Translations under genes and position numbers: made by a program
Shown here: positions 25,596-34,157 of the stretch, piece by piece
Layout of the letters: each line of letters opens with the position of its first letter
Position numbering within the stretch: position 1 is the stretch's first letter
Virus record (IMG/VR): IMGVR_UViG_3300045988_116051
From: a virus
Direction: 5' to 3' (one strand)
Length of the DNA stretch: 41,371 nucleotides
Notes under the pieces: generated by a model
Database searches by the model: none
What the model was told of the DNA's origin: nothing
Seen by the model: only the letters and a program-made list of their open reading frames with translations

Positions 25596-26167
25596 CCGGC
25601 GCTTTCATCCTGTTGTTCTGCATGTTTCATGCAATCAGAACACAGGCACCGCCCAAATTTTTTCCAGCTGTAGTCAGCCAGGAAATTAGGGCTGAGAAGT
25701 TGCCCTTTTTTGGAGAACGTGGCGATAATATCACTGCCGCACTGTTCACATTTTGGCAGGCTGGTTTGCTGAGCTGGTGCCTGAGCGTCCGCGTCCTTGG
25801 TATCGTCGATTGCCAACAGACCGTTAAGGGCATATTTGCGGGCGTAGGAGCTAGTTGCCCCCGTTACCTGACTGGTATCCATCCCGCGCTTTTCGTTGGC
25901 TTCACGGGCCTGGGCGGTGACTGCCACCGTTTCGCCGGTTTCGGCATCAATGATGGTTGCTGTAGCGAAAATGTAGTAGCGCTCTCCGACTAACTTAATT
26001 TCATCAGAAATCGTCAAAACAGCTTTCTGTTCGCCCAGCAGAGGCTTCACCGCTTCAACGATATCTTCGCAGCTTCGGTAGTTATACTTGCCGAATGTGT
26101 TGGTCTGGCCCTTGGGGGCTTTCAATGCCTGCTGGATTTCCAGCAACTTCGAGTACACGCCCATCAT
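25592..26167 (-). CDS. ERF-family single-strand annealing recombinase
   Basis: ...TFGKYNYRSCEDIVEAVKPLL...SYARKYALNGLLAIDD. Confidence 0.75.
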   Translation of the reverse strand: MMGVYSKLLEIQQALKAPKGQTNTFGKYNYRSCEDIVEAVKPLLGEQKAVLTISDEIKLVGERYYIFATATIIDAETGETVAVTAQAREANEKRGMDTSQVTGATSSYARKYALNGLLAIDDTKDADAQAPAQQTSLPKCEQCGSDIIATFSKKGQLLSPNFLADYSWKKFGRCLCSDCMKHAEQQDESAG

Positions 26168-26670
26168 TTCACCCCCAGACTACGCCGCTCCACCAGCCGC
26201 ACACCAGGCGGATTGAGCGTACAACCTTCTTTCAGGTACCGCAACAGATTGGCCTTGTTGATCTCAGGCGATTTGTAGCGGACGAAATTGTCCTCCTGCC
26301 CATTCAAGCAAGCCCAGTTGATAAGGGCGTCTTCGTCATCTACCTCAACTGCCTTGCTGTTGCGGAAGAATACCACACAGCGGGGCGTCTGGAACTTCTG
26401 CCCATCCAGTGCCTCATCAAGCACAGCTTCCAGCCGCGCAACCTTGTTCTCCGCCACCCGGCGGCGCTCGGTGAGGGCCTGGGCCTCCGCTTTCAGGCCG
26501 CGCACATCGTCTTTCAAGTTTTTCACCAAGCAGGCAATATTCTCGATCTTCTGGTCCCGCTCCATTTGCAGGCCCATGAGTTCGTCCAGGTTGTTGATCT
26601 CGCCCGTCTCCGGGTCGGTGCCGTGGGCGATAGCCGTCAGGATTGCGGCGTCGATCTCAAAAAGCGTCAT
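26164..26670 (-). CDS. Siphovirus Gp157-like protein
   Basis: MTLFEIDAAIL...DPETGEI... plus a coiled coil. It is the usual partner upstream of ERF. Confidence 0.65.
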   Translation of the reverse strand: MTLFEIDAAILTAIAHGTDPETGEINNLDELMGLQMERDQKIENIACLVKNLKDDVRGLKAEAQALTERRRVAENKVARLEAVLDEALDGQKFQTPRCVVFFRNSKAVEVDDEDALINWACLNGQEDNFVRYKSPEINKANLLRYLKEGCTLNPPGVRLVERRSLGVK

Positions 26671-26866
26671 CGGTCATGCCTCCCTCTCGAATCCAGTTCT
26701 TAAATTCCTCATCCCGTTCGGCAAAAAACCGATACAGTACATAGCTGTGTTCCTCGGACAGGAAACTAATGAACTCATCAAATTTCTCGGCGAGAAACAT
26801 TTTTCCCTTTTCCAGCGGGACGGAAATCGTAACATCCACCGGGAAAAAACCGTTTTTTTCTTCCAC
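26657..26866 (-). CDS. Small hypothetical protein (GTG start)
   Basis: RBS GGAGG plus 8 nt, then GTG. The longer track ORF lacks an RBS. Confidence 0.35.
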   Translation of the reverse strand: MEEKNGFFPVDVTISVPLEKGKMFLAEKFDEFISFLSEEHSYVLYRFFAERDEEFKNWIREGGMTDDAF

Positions 26867-26951
26867 TTGACAAACCTCCGTTGGTCGGCTTATAATAGCC
26901 GTAGTGTATTTTGCTTGTTGCCTGCTGGATGCCAGTCCACAGGCAACTTTT

Positions 26952-27236
26952 TTATGCCCTGATTTTGGACAGTTCCAGCGCTCTTGCAACATCACGGGCC
27001 AACCACTTCTTTCTCCCGTTGATGTCAACGGGTAAGATATTCTCCGCTTCGGCCCACTTTTTAGCGGCCTTATCATCCCTCAGACCCAGGACTTTTTTTA
27101 ACTCCTGGAGGTCCAAGCAGATACCGCAAAACTGGATGATATCATTTTCCAGCCCTTGGCTCCGCACCTGCCGTCTAGGCTCCGGCGCAGGCTTTCCCAG
27201 CATGTCGGGGTTGCAGTAGTTTTTGATCCTGGGCAT
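26952..27236 (-). CDS. Small hypothetical early protein
   Basis: Internal start at MPRIKNY. Confidence 0.35.
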   Translation of the reverse strand: MPRIKNYCNPDMLGKPAPEPRRQVRSQGLENDIIQFCGICLDLQELKKVLGLRDDKAAKKWAEAENILPVDINGRKKWLARDVARALELSKIRA

Positions 27237-27238
27237 TT

Positions 27239-27607
27239 TTACACCCCCAATTCGAGCGCCCATTTACGGACGGTAGACTTAGACACGCCGTAATATTTAG
27301 CCGTCCAGGCGTAGGTGCGCCCAGCGAATACCTCGGTAAAATCCGCCGGGATCGGGAGACGACTAATTTTACTCTCACGTCTCCGGGTAAGCCCTTTTCC
27401 CTGGTCTGCCCTTCGTGCGGCGTCCGCTCGTGGGCAGATGTTCCCGCTGCAATCCTCTTTGGTGCAGGATAGGCAGGCTTGTATCTCTGCCGGACCCTCT
27501 GCACTCCGCATCCTCGGTGGAGTTTTCCCTTCCCACAGAACGGAGGATGCTTCACCGCTCCAAGGGCGGCGGGCATGCACCTCGATGTTTATCCCGTTGC
27601 TTTTCAT
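27239..27607 (-). CDS. Early protein with a C-terminal helix-turn-helix
   Basis: ...AKYYGVSKSTVRKWALELGV. Confidence 0.45.
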   Translation of the reverse strand: MKSNGINIEVHARRPWSGEASSVLWEGKTPPRMRSAEGPAEIQACLSCTKEDCSGNICPRADAARRADQGKGLTRRRESKISRLPIPADFTEVFAGRTYAWTAKYYGVSKSTVRKWALELGV

Positions 27608-27749
27608 CTTTCACCATCCCTTCCCTGGTTTGATACCACGGTTGCCCAGCACAGCGGGGACAGATGTATTTTTTGTCGTACTTTTCCAGCGCCGACACGT
27701 TCACCTGTTTCCCGCACTTCCGGCAGAACCGGTAGATAGCGCCGTTCAT
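27552..27749 (-). CDS. Small Zn-ribbon protein
   Basis: CRKCG...CPRC. Confidence 0.4.
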   Translation of the reverse strand: MNGAIYRFCRKCGKQVNVSALEKYDKKYICPRCAGQPWYQTREGMVKDEKQRDKHRGACPPPLER

Positions 27750-27973
27750 ACCAACCGCAGCGGGATACCGGCGTTATGCAGAGCGGCGTTGATGTTCGCC
27801 TTGCGCCGGTTGCGGATACGCTTCCGCCGGGCTTCCCGCGCCTTGCGGACTTCCTCATCGCGCCGATTCTTGGCGTTCTTCTCCAGCGTGGGGCTGATAG
27901 CCCGCACCAGGGCCTCGATATCAGCCCATTCCCGCTCGGTGTTGCGGGCTTTGATCTCTTGCACAGTGTTCAT
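27746..27973 (-). CDS. Small basic hypothetical protein
   Basis: ORF in a tightly packed operon. Confidence 0.35.
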   Translation of the reverse strand: MNTVQEIKARNTEREWADIEALVRAISPTLEKNAKNRRDEEVRKAREARRKRIRNRRKANINAALHNAGIPLRLV

Positions 27974-28164
27974 CGTAATTTCTCCTTTTCCTCAAGTTTT
28001 GCGGCTTCCACCCGATAAAACCGGGTTTCCCCGCCGCGAATCGTCCTGGTGATGATTTGCCCCAGCAGGTTCCGCCGGGCGGAACGGTACTCCGTCCGGC
28101 GGTGATCCTCCCAGCAGACACGCCCGTTATCATCCAGGCGGACATGCCTGATTCGATAAATCAC
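27970..28164 (-). CDS. Small hypothetical protein
   Basis: ORF in a tightly packed operon. Confidence 0.35.
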   Translation of the reverse strand: MIYRIRHVRLDDNGRVCWEDHRRTEYRSARRNLLGQIITRTIRGGETRFYRVEAAKLEEKEKLR

Positions 28165-28502
28165 AAATCTTCCTCCGTCCAGCCGGTGGCGGCAAAAAGC
28201 GCATCCAGAACCGCATATACAGCACGTACCATGCGTTTCTGCTCATCCTGCAAGCTAGAATGAGCTAAAAGCTCGTCCACGGCAACGCCCTGGGCCTCCG
28301 CTTCCTTCTTGGCACCCCTTGAGGCTTTCAGCTCATCCAGCAGGTAAAATACCTGCTCCCTGGTCAGCGAAAGCGTCACAAGCTCGTTGCCCTTGTCCCC
28401 GACAAGGCTTTCCATTTTGGTCTTTCTTCTCCGGGCAGCTTCCTCGAACAGCATTTTTTTCATCCGCTGTACGCTCCCGATGACGTCATTGATGTCTCCC
28501 AC
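28161..28502 (-). CDS. First gene of the leftward early operon (GTG start)
   Basis: RBS AAGGAGG plus 8 nt, then GTG. The operator repeats lie just upstream. Confidence 0.4.
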   Translation of the reverse strand: MGDINDVIGSVQRMKKMLFEEAARRRKTKMESLVGDKGNELVTLSLTREQVFYLLDELKASRGAKKEAEAQGVAVDELLAHSSLQDEQKRMVRAVYAVLDALFAATGWTEEDL

Positions 28503-28517
28503 TTTGTTTTCCTCCTT

Positions 28518-28565
28518 TTGGATAAAAATCTTGGATAAATCTCGGATACATCCCAACTTATCCAA
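28518..28565. promoter_or_regulatory. Operator-like array: TTGGATAA x2, TCGGATAC, and inverted TTATCCAA
   Basis: Motifs at 28518, 28531, 28542 and 28558 (inverted), between divergent genes. Confidence 0.5.
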
Positions 28566-28655
28566 GCGTGGGGTGCAGCGTTTAACGTCCGCCGCCTAAC
28601 GACGCTCTTTCTTTTCCCCTCCCGGCGCGTTATACTGGCCAGGAGGTGATTTTTT

Positions 28656-28994
28656 ATGCTCACAGAAAACTGTTCAAAGATCCTAGCCTATCTAACCAGC
28701 CTCCCCGGTGAAAAACCAAGGTGGCGTCACAGTCTCCAATCCGTTGCCAGCGCCGTAGAGCTGACACTGGAGGAAACTGTCTCCGCCGCGAAGGAGCTGG
28801 AAGCGATAGGATACGCAGAGGTCCATTGCGTTTCAACGCCCTTGGGCAACGCCCCGGAGGGCGTCACCCTGACAGAGAAAGGGATCAACTACAAGGCGTT
28901 GAAACGCTGGCAGACACGGGCGTACTGGGCCGACAAATGGATTGATTTGTTAGCTCTGGCCATTGCCATTGCCGCGTTTATCAGGACCCTTTGA
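28656..28994 (+). CDS. Winged-helix-like protein with a C-terminal transmembrane helix (moron)
   Basis: RBS AGGAGGTGA. Hydrophobic tail WIDLLALAIAIAAFI. It is the only plus-strand gene within the early region. Confidence 0.5.
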   Translation: MLTENCSKILAYLTSLPGEKPRWRHSLQSVASAVELTLEETVSAAKELEAIGYAEVHCVSTPLGNAPEGVTLTEKGINYKALKRWQTRAYWADKWIDLLALAIAIAAFIRTL

Positions 28995-29134
28995 CAAACG
29001 TCGCCACCAGCGCCGCCAACGACACAAAAAAGGTGATCTTGCTGACTAGATCAAAGTCAGAGAATTTCCTCCAGCCTTTAAGCGGGCCTCTGTTGTAGCG
29101 TTGCACAAACTCCAACCTCCCCCCGGCCAGCGCC

Positions 29135-29338
29135 TTACGACGCTGGCCCGTTCTTTTCTTGTAACCCACGCATGATGGCCATGCCCTGGGCTACGCCGAG
29201 AATCCGTTCTTGCTCAGTTACATCAAAATCTTTGATATACTCAGAGATCAAGGCGCCAATTTCATCGGCTGGTTCCCTGATGTTCTTTTCGATCAACCGC
29301 ACCGCCTCCTCTCTTATCGACTGTCTATATTCTATCAT
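29135..29338 (-). CDS. Small hypothetical protein divergent from the repressor gene
   Basis: 67-aa ORF, no recognisable HTH. Confidence 0.4.
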   Translation of the reverse strand: MIEYRQSIREEAVRLIEKNIREPADEIGALISEYIKDFDVTEQERILGVAQGMAIMRGLQEKNGPAS

Positions 29339-29387
29339 CGTTTTCCGATAAAGTCAAGACTTTTTTATCGGCTATTGATAATTTTCC

Positions 29388-29416
29388 TTGACTTCTTGGC
29401 GTATATGTGGTTTAAT
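29388..29416 (+). promoter_or_regulatory. Sigma-70-type promoter for the repressor operon
   Basis: TTGACT, 17 nt, TTTAAT. It is flanked by the inverted repeats AAGTCAAG/CTTGACTT and CCGATAAA/TTTATCGG. Confidence 0.5.
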
Positions 29417-29444
29417 AGACTTAGAAAATGCAGGGGGTAGAGAC

Positions 29445-29846
29445 ATGGAAAGTTTGAACGACAGAATCAAACTGGTTTTCAAAGATTCTGGACTGACGCA
29501 GATGGACATTTCCAAACGATTGAATATCGCACAATCATCCGTATCGGGAATAATTTCAGGAAAGGCAAATCCGTCAAAGCGTACATTGGCCGACATTGCG
29601 GACCGTTTTGACGTGAATTTGGAATGGCTAAGAGACGGAACGGGCCCGATGAAAAAAGAACACCCATTAAAGCATGATCTTGGCGAGTTTTTCGCGGAAG
29701 TCATTTCGACAGATGTTCCGTACAGGGATGAATTTATTCTCGCGCTTTCGGAGTTAGCCCCGGAACACTGGAAAATACTCGGTGATTTGATTCTGAGGAC
29801 AGCAGAACGAATCAAAGAAAAGACCGAAGAAGGTGAACAGCTATGA
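29445..29846 (+). CDS. CI-like XRE-family repressor
   Basis: HTH LTQMDISKRLNIAQSSVSGIISGK, lysogeny-module position. Confidence 0.75.
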   Translation: MESLNDRIKLVFKDSGLTQMDISKRLNIAQSSVSGIISGKANPSKRTLADIADRFDVNLEWLRDGTGPMKKEHPLKHDLGEFFAEVISTDVPYRDEFILALSELAPEHWKILGDLILRTAERIKEKTEEGEQL

Positions 29847-30889
29847 TATTTTTTGTTATGGTTGTCGCTGTAATTATCGTTTGCTGTATCGTAAACAACA
29901 GGGGCAAAGTGAAAATCCCAAAAGGAAGCCTGCCAAACCCTATGTGGGAAATTTCTGGGAAGGAAATTTTGGACGTAGATGATTACATAGTCCTGGACAC
30001 AGAAACGACAGGACTAAACGCCCAGGAAGAACGGATCATTGAAGTGGCTGCGATCCGTGTTCAAAACGGAATTACAACAGGGCGATACTCCACGTTTGTA
30101 AATCCAGGAAAGAAAGTACCAGAAAAGATTACAAAGCTAACAGGAATCACGAACGAACAAGCTAAAAGCGGGAAACAATATGCCGTAATGGCACATGAGT
30201 TGAGCGTTTTCATGGGAGATTTACCGATGGTGGCGCATAATTCCAATTTCGATGCAAAATTCGTGGAAATTGCATTTCGGGTGGGCGGCATCAGAAAGAA
30301 AATTAACCACATAGACACGATACCAATGGCCCGCGAAGCATTTCCTAACATGGCAAACTACAAATTGGCGACATTGATTCCAGCTTTGCACCTGGCGAAT
30401 GGACCGCAAACCCATAGAGCAATGGATGATGTTCTTGCCACCGCCGAGCTTTTCAAACTTTGTAAAGGAAAGCTGAAAGCGATGAACGAAATAGCCACGG
30501 AAATGAAAACCATTTCCAAGGCCGAGGAAGCGCTAGAGGAAGCCAAAAGTGCGGTTGATATTTTCCTCGCCTACGACAAGGCGGATGCAGCTCTGATGGA
30601 TGCCATTTTGAAAAGTCCAGAATCCATCCTGGAGCTGTACGGTGGCAGGGAAGAGTATTTATCAAAAACCTACGGGCAAGCTGTTAACGCAATGATGCGA
30701 AAAGAGTTTGAAAAAGAAAAAAAGGCGATTCAACGCCTGAAAACAAGAAAGTCTATGGATAATCACATTGCAACCTTCCGGCTTGTGTACGACAACAACG
30801 AAAAGCGGTTAACAAGAGGAAATAGGCAAATGCTCTCGAAATACGTTCGTGAGTTGGGTGAAGTCCGGGACATGGTTTCACCAGAGTAA
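29843..30889 (+). CDS. Membrane-anchored DEDDh (DnaQ-like) 3'-5' exonuclease with a helical C-terminal domain
   Basis: N-terminal TM MIFFVMVVAVIIVCCIV. Exo motifs VLDTETTGL, HNSNFDAKF and HRAMDDV. Confidence 0.7.
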   Translation: MIFFVMVVAVIIVCCIVNNRGKVKIPKGSLPNPMWEISGKEILDVDDYIVLDTETTGLNAQEERIIEVAAIRVQNGITTGRYSTFVNPGKKVPEKITKLTGITNEQAKSGKQYAVMAHELSVFMGDLPMVAHNSNFDAKFVEIAFRVGGIRKKINHIDTIPMAREAFPNMANYKLATLIPALHLANGPQTHRAMDDVLATAELFKLCKGKLKAMNEIATEMKTISKAEEALEEAKSAVDIFLAYDKADAALMDAILKSPESILELYGGREEYLSKTYGQAVNAMMRKEFEKEKKAIQRLKTRKSMDNHIATFRLVYDNNEKRLTRGNRQMLSKYVRELGEVRDMVSPE

Positions 30890-30895
30890 AGAAGA

Positions 30896-30927
30896 AGCCA
30901 GCCCCTGGGGGCTGGCTCTTTTTTTAA
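30896..30927 (+). terminator. Rho-independent terminator of the repressor-exonuclease operon
   Basis: AGCCAGCCCC-TG-GGGGCTGGCT followed by CTTTTTTT. Confidence 0.75.
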
Positions 30928-31037
30928 CCTTTTAGCAGTCCACGAACAAAGATCAGCACGATCTCAACCTTCCAATCGGGTAACTGTTCCATGATTTTAA
31001 CGATTTCTGCTAGCATTTCCTTCCTGGTTTGCTCCAT
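30924..31037 (-). CDS. Small hypothetical protein (37 aa)
   Basis: RBS AGGAGGA. MEQTRKEMLAEIVKIMEQLPDWKVEIVLIFVRGLLKG*. Confidence 0.35.
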   Translation of the reverse strand: MEQTRKEMLAEIVKIMEQLPDWKVEIVLIFVRGLLKG

Positions 31038-31046
31038 GTAATCCTC

Positions 31047-31202
31047 CTATCCGGTATAGAGCCGCTGGACGTAAGCTAAAACTAATCGCAACCGCCGCCC
31101 GTCCATGCCTTCCAGCAGTTGCGTGATCTGGGCCACAAGCATCATGGTTTCCAATCGAATCGTCTCCTTCCATTTTATCAACATCCGTTCGCTGTCTACC
31201 AT
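31047..31202 (-). CDS. Small hypothetical protein (51 aa), similar in pattern to the 37-aa neighbour
   Basis: MVDSERMLIKWKETIRLETMMLVAQITQLLEGMDGRRLRLVLAYVQRLYTG*. Confidence 0.3.
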   Translation of the reverse strand: MVDSERMLIKWKETIRLETMMLVAQITQLLEGMDGRRLRLVLAYVQRLYTG

Positions 31203-31284
31203 ATTCTAGCCCTCTCTCGCACAAACCATATTCTTCCAAAGAAGCAGAACAACAACAAAAAACGTCGAAAGAAGGGGAAAATTG

Positions 31285-32535
31285 ATGAAGAAAGACACAA
31301 AGTACAAATACGTCCGAAAAACGATGACTTGGGAAGGGCGGAGATATGAGGTTACGGGGAAAACGGAGCTGGAAGCACTGGAAAAATTGGCAGAGTTGAA
31401 AGTGCGATTGAAAAACGGCGATGTGGTGATGAATCGAGAGACAACGGTTGATCGGTGGTTTAAGGAATGGTTCCAGCTGTACAAGGCCCCGTCCGGCGGG
31501 ACGAAAAAAAGTCTGAGCATGTACACCGAAAAGTATAATTCGATCATCAGCCCAGCAATCGGGCGGATGAAGCTGGGAGATGTGCGGGAAGTGAATTTGC
31601 AGCGTATCCTGAACAGTCAGGCGGGCATGTCGTTTTCACACGTCTCCAAGCTGCGGATGATCCTCAAGGCCATGTTCTCGCGGGCAGCAGCGTCCCGGAT
31701 CATATCATTCGACCCCAGCACGCAACTGGAGTTGCCGGAGGCGAGCAAGGGAGAACATAGATCGTTGACGGAAGAGGAGCGGGTAGCTCTGTTGAAGGTG
31801 TGCGAGACGCACCGATACGGCTTGTTGATGCAAATCATCCTGTATGCCGGCCTGCGCCCTGGTGAAATCGCGGCGCTGAATTGGGGAGATGTAGATTTTG
31901 AAAAAAACGAAATCAGAGTACACAAAGCCCAGGAAAGCGGTAGTAAGAACATCAAGGCCCCCAAGACAAGCGCGGGGTTCCGGGAGATACCGATGGTTCC
32001 GGAACTCAGAGAACGTCTCTGGGCCGCGAGAGAAGCCCCAGAGGAAGCCGTGGTAAAAAACACAGTAGGTAAGCGTCTGGACAGCGACAGCATGTATAGA
32101 GCGTGGAAGAGTGTCCGAAAAGCGATGGACATCGAAATGGGAGCCACTGTCTACCGGAACCAAATTATCGAGAGTGTCATTGCGCCGGACCTCACTCTGT
32201 ACTGCCTGCGGCACACGTTCTGCACGGATTTACAGCGGGCCAGTATCTCCATCAACATAGCAAAGGAACTCATGGGGCACAGCGATATCAGCGTGACCGC
32301 AAACATCTACACCCATAAGGACCAAGCCACCCTGCACCGCAACATGCAGAAGCTGGCAGCCCTGCGAAGCGCTGTGACAAACTCCTCCGCACATTACGGC
32401 GTTTCCATCTGGCCAATGGGCCAGGGCTTGGCAGATTTCGGTTTTCTGCCGTTCCTGATCTCCCACATGTCCCACACATTCCAGGAGGCGGGCTCTCCAA
32501 CAATCGTGGAGGTAAATGTGGAAAAAATAAGGTAA
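31285..32535 (+). CDS. int: Tyrosine integrase
   Basis: ...GLRPGEIAALNWGDV...HCLRHTF...LMGHSDISVTANIYTH. The tail after the catalytic Tyr is unusually long (about 80 aa). Confidence 0.85.
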   Translation: MKKDTKYKYVRKTMTWEGRRYEVTGKTELEALEKLAELKVRLKNGDVVMNRETTVDRWFKEWFQLYKAPSGGTKKSLSMYTEKYNSIISPAIGRMKLGDVREVNLQRILNSQAGMSFSHVSKLRMILKAMFSRAAASRIISFDPSTQLELPEASKGEHRSLTEEERVALLKVCETHRYGLLMQIILYAGLRPGEIAALNWGDVDFEKNEIRVHKAQESGSKNIKAPKTSAGFREIPMVPELRERLWAAREAPEEAVVKNTVGKRLDSDSMYRAWKSVRKAMDIEMGATVYRNQIIESVIAPDLTLYCLRHTFCTDLQRASISINIAKELMGHSDISVTANIYTHKDQATLHRNMQKLAALRSAVTNSSAHYGVSIWPMGQGLADFGFLPFLISHMSHTFQEAGSPTIVEVNVEKIR

Positions 32536-32601
32536 AATGCCGCAATCCATTGGAACGCAATGGTTTTAAAATAGGGAAAAAGAGACTCTGACTCTGTTTG
32601 T

Positions 32602-32629
32602 GAGGGTTCGAATCCTTCTCCCGCTGCCA
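32602..32629 (+). other. tRNA 3'-end fragment (T arm, acceptor 3' strand and CCA); candidate attP core
   Basis: GAGGGTTCGAATCCTTCTCCCGCTGCCA with no matching 5' acceptor strand upstream. It lies 67 nt downstream of int. Confidence 0.55.
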
Positions 32630-32634
32630 AAAGA

Positions 32635-32685
32635 AAAAAGCCGAGAAACCATTGAAAATCAAAGGTTTTTCGGCTTTTTCTTATT
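32635..32685. terminator. Bidirectional terminator hairpin
   Basis: AAAAAGCCGAGAAACC-loop-GGTTTTTCGGCTTTTT. Confidence 0.65.
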
Positions 32686-32787
32686 TTCTCACACTCCGGA
32701 TTTTCCTAATCACAAACCGGAAATACCCGAAAAAGGCGGGGTTTTCCTGGGTTACGCTGTGGAAAAGGCGTGGAAAAATTTTAGGCG

Positions 32788-33093
32788 TTACATCCCCTCG
32801 ATCTTCCCCCGCACCTTCGCCACCCAAGGCTCCGTCCGCTCCTCGGTCAGCTCACAAATTGCCGAAATACCGGCTTTATTTTCGTCATCCGTTGCATCTC
32901 GGCAAATTTTCCGCATCATGTCCATGAGCATATCTCGATGCCCCAGTTCCTGGCTGGCCATAGTAGCATAGCTCCGAGCCATGTTAGGATCGTACTCTCT
33001 CAGTTTTTTGGCAATCTTGCCATAATGCTGCGCCCCCATGATCTCATCGTCAATGTCGGCGGCGATGGATTTGATCTGCTCCAATTTTGTCAT
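32788..33093 (-). CDS. Hypothetical helical protein (accessory cluster gene 5)
   Basis: RBS GAGGTG, 101 aa, no recognisable motif. Confidence 0.4.
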   Translation of the reverse strand: MTKLEQIKSIAADIDDEIMGAQHYGKIAKKLREYDPNMARSYATMASQELGHRDMLMDMMRKICRDATDDENKAGISAICELTEERTEPWVAKVRGKIEGM

Positions 33094-33101
33094 GGCACAC
33101 C

Positions 33102-33497
33102 TCAAATCTTATCCACAGTCACGGCGATGTTGGACACGGTGGCGGCGGCAGACAGCACCACGGTATAGGTGGCGCCCGCGCAGTTACCAAATTGCCGCAC
33201 CATCGCAGTGATCGGCAGCGTCACAGCCTCACCAACAGCGGAGGCAGTGACGGTGGCGGTAGCACCAGGCACGGCAACACCGTCCCGCATCAGCGTGGCG
33301 GTGATAGCCCCAGCGGCGGCAGGCAGGGCAGTCAGCACGATGTCGAAATCATAATAGCCTGCGCCGTTGATGATGATGCCATTGCCGTTGAGGTTGATGT
33401 TACACCCAAACCGGCGGATGATGCTCCCCAGCGGGATCGAGCCGCCCGCCGTAGCGGTGGCCCCGGTGTTTACAGTATAGATACCAGAGTTACAGCT
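33102..33497 (-). CDS. Hypothetical Ala/Thr/Gly-rich beta protein, possibly with a BclA-C/C1q-like fold (accessory cluster gene 4)
   Basis: RBS GAGAGGAG, MSCNSGIYTVNTGATATAGG...; the fold guess rests on composition and pattern only. Confidence 0.35.
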   Translation of the reverse strand, partial: SCNSGIYTVNTGATATAGGSIPLGSIIRRFGCNINLNGNGIIINGAGYYDFDIVLTALPAAAGAITATLMRDGVAVPGATATVTASAVGEAVTLPITAMVRQFGNCAGATYTVVLSAAATVSNIAVTVDKI

Positions 33498-33569
33498 CAT
33501 AATTTTTGCTCCTCTCTCAAAAAACAAGGCGGGGACATTTGCCCCCGCCCACCCGGTCAATGCGACCAA

Positions 33570-34157
33570 TTAGATATTGCCGTTGCTGCAGCCGCCGAAA
33601 AACGGGTTGCAGTTGGTTGCATACGCAGTGCTGGTAGGATACCGCACCACGCCGCACATAGCCTGGGCAAGCTCAAGCTGCTGGATGCGAGCCGCCATAG
33701 CCGCCTCGCGGTCTGCGCACATTTTGTCCAAAACTTTCTGGATCCCGGCGGTAATGTTTGCGTTAGTTGCGGCGTTGTAGTTGGCCATGTCAAATCGCAC
33801 GCTGTCGATATTGCGCTGAGTGGTGCAGCAGCAGTCGGAAATCTGTGCCTGGAGGTCCCGGAAATTGCCCTGGGTTGCGTAGCCAAGGTCACAGATGCCC
33901 TTAGTAAGGTTGATGTTTACGCCGTCCAACTGGTCGCTCAGACGGCCCACAGAGTTTTTCAGCTCGTTAAACGAGTTGGCACTGCAAAGGTCCCCCTCGG
34001 TCACGGGGTTGCCGTTGTTGTTGCGGCCAAACCCATTGCCACCCCAACCAAAAATCAGGGCAAACAGGATGATCATGATCCAGCCGCCGCCGGAACCCCA
34101 ACCGTCGCTGTCGCGGGTCACAGCCGCGATGTCGGACAAACTCATTGCGTTATCCAT
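33570..34157 (-). CDS. Hypothetical membrane protein with a Cys-rich helical ectodomain (accessory cluster gene 3)
   Basis: TM GGGWIMIILFALIFGWGG, and 11 Cys including a CCC triplet. Confidence 0.4.
   Translation of the reverse strand: MDNAMSLSDIAAVTRDSDGWGSGGGWIMIILFALIFGWGGNGFGRNNNGNPVTEGDLCSANSFNELKNSVGRLSDQLDGVNINLTKGICDLGYATQGNFRDLQAQISDCCCTTQRNIDSVRFDMANYNAATNANITAGIQKVLDKMCADREAAMAARIQQLELAQAMCGVVRYPTSTAYATNCNPFFGGCSNGNI

Noticed and set aside
26917-26953. Hairpin GTTGCCTG...CAGGCAAC followed by T6 on the plus strand, inside the all-minus early operon
   Set aside because: It would be a terminator only for antisense (plus-strand) transcription. On the coding strand no U-tract follows. 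The evidence is insufficient to call a function, so I left it unannotated.
32540-32629. A complete second tRNA gene downstream of int
   Set aside because: I found only the T arm, the acceptor 3' strand and CCA. There is no 5' acceptor strand, D arm or canonical anticodon loop (the candidate loop has C at position 33). I called it a fragment/attP instead.
32288-32662. Minus-strand ORFs 32288..32662 and 32394..32630 (MAAGEGFEPSQ...)
   Set aside because: The AGEGFEPS-type peptide is the usual artefact of translating the reverse complement of a tRNA T arm. The ORFs also overlap the integrase 3' end.
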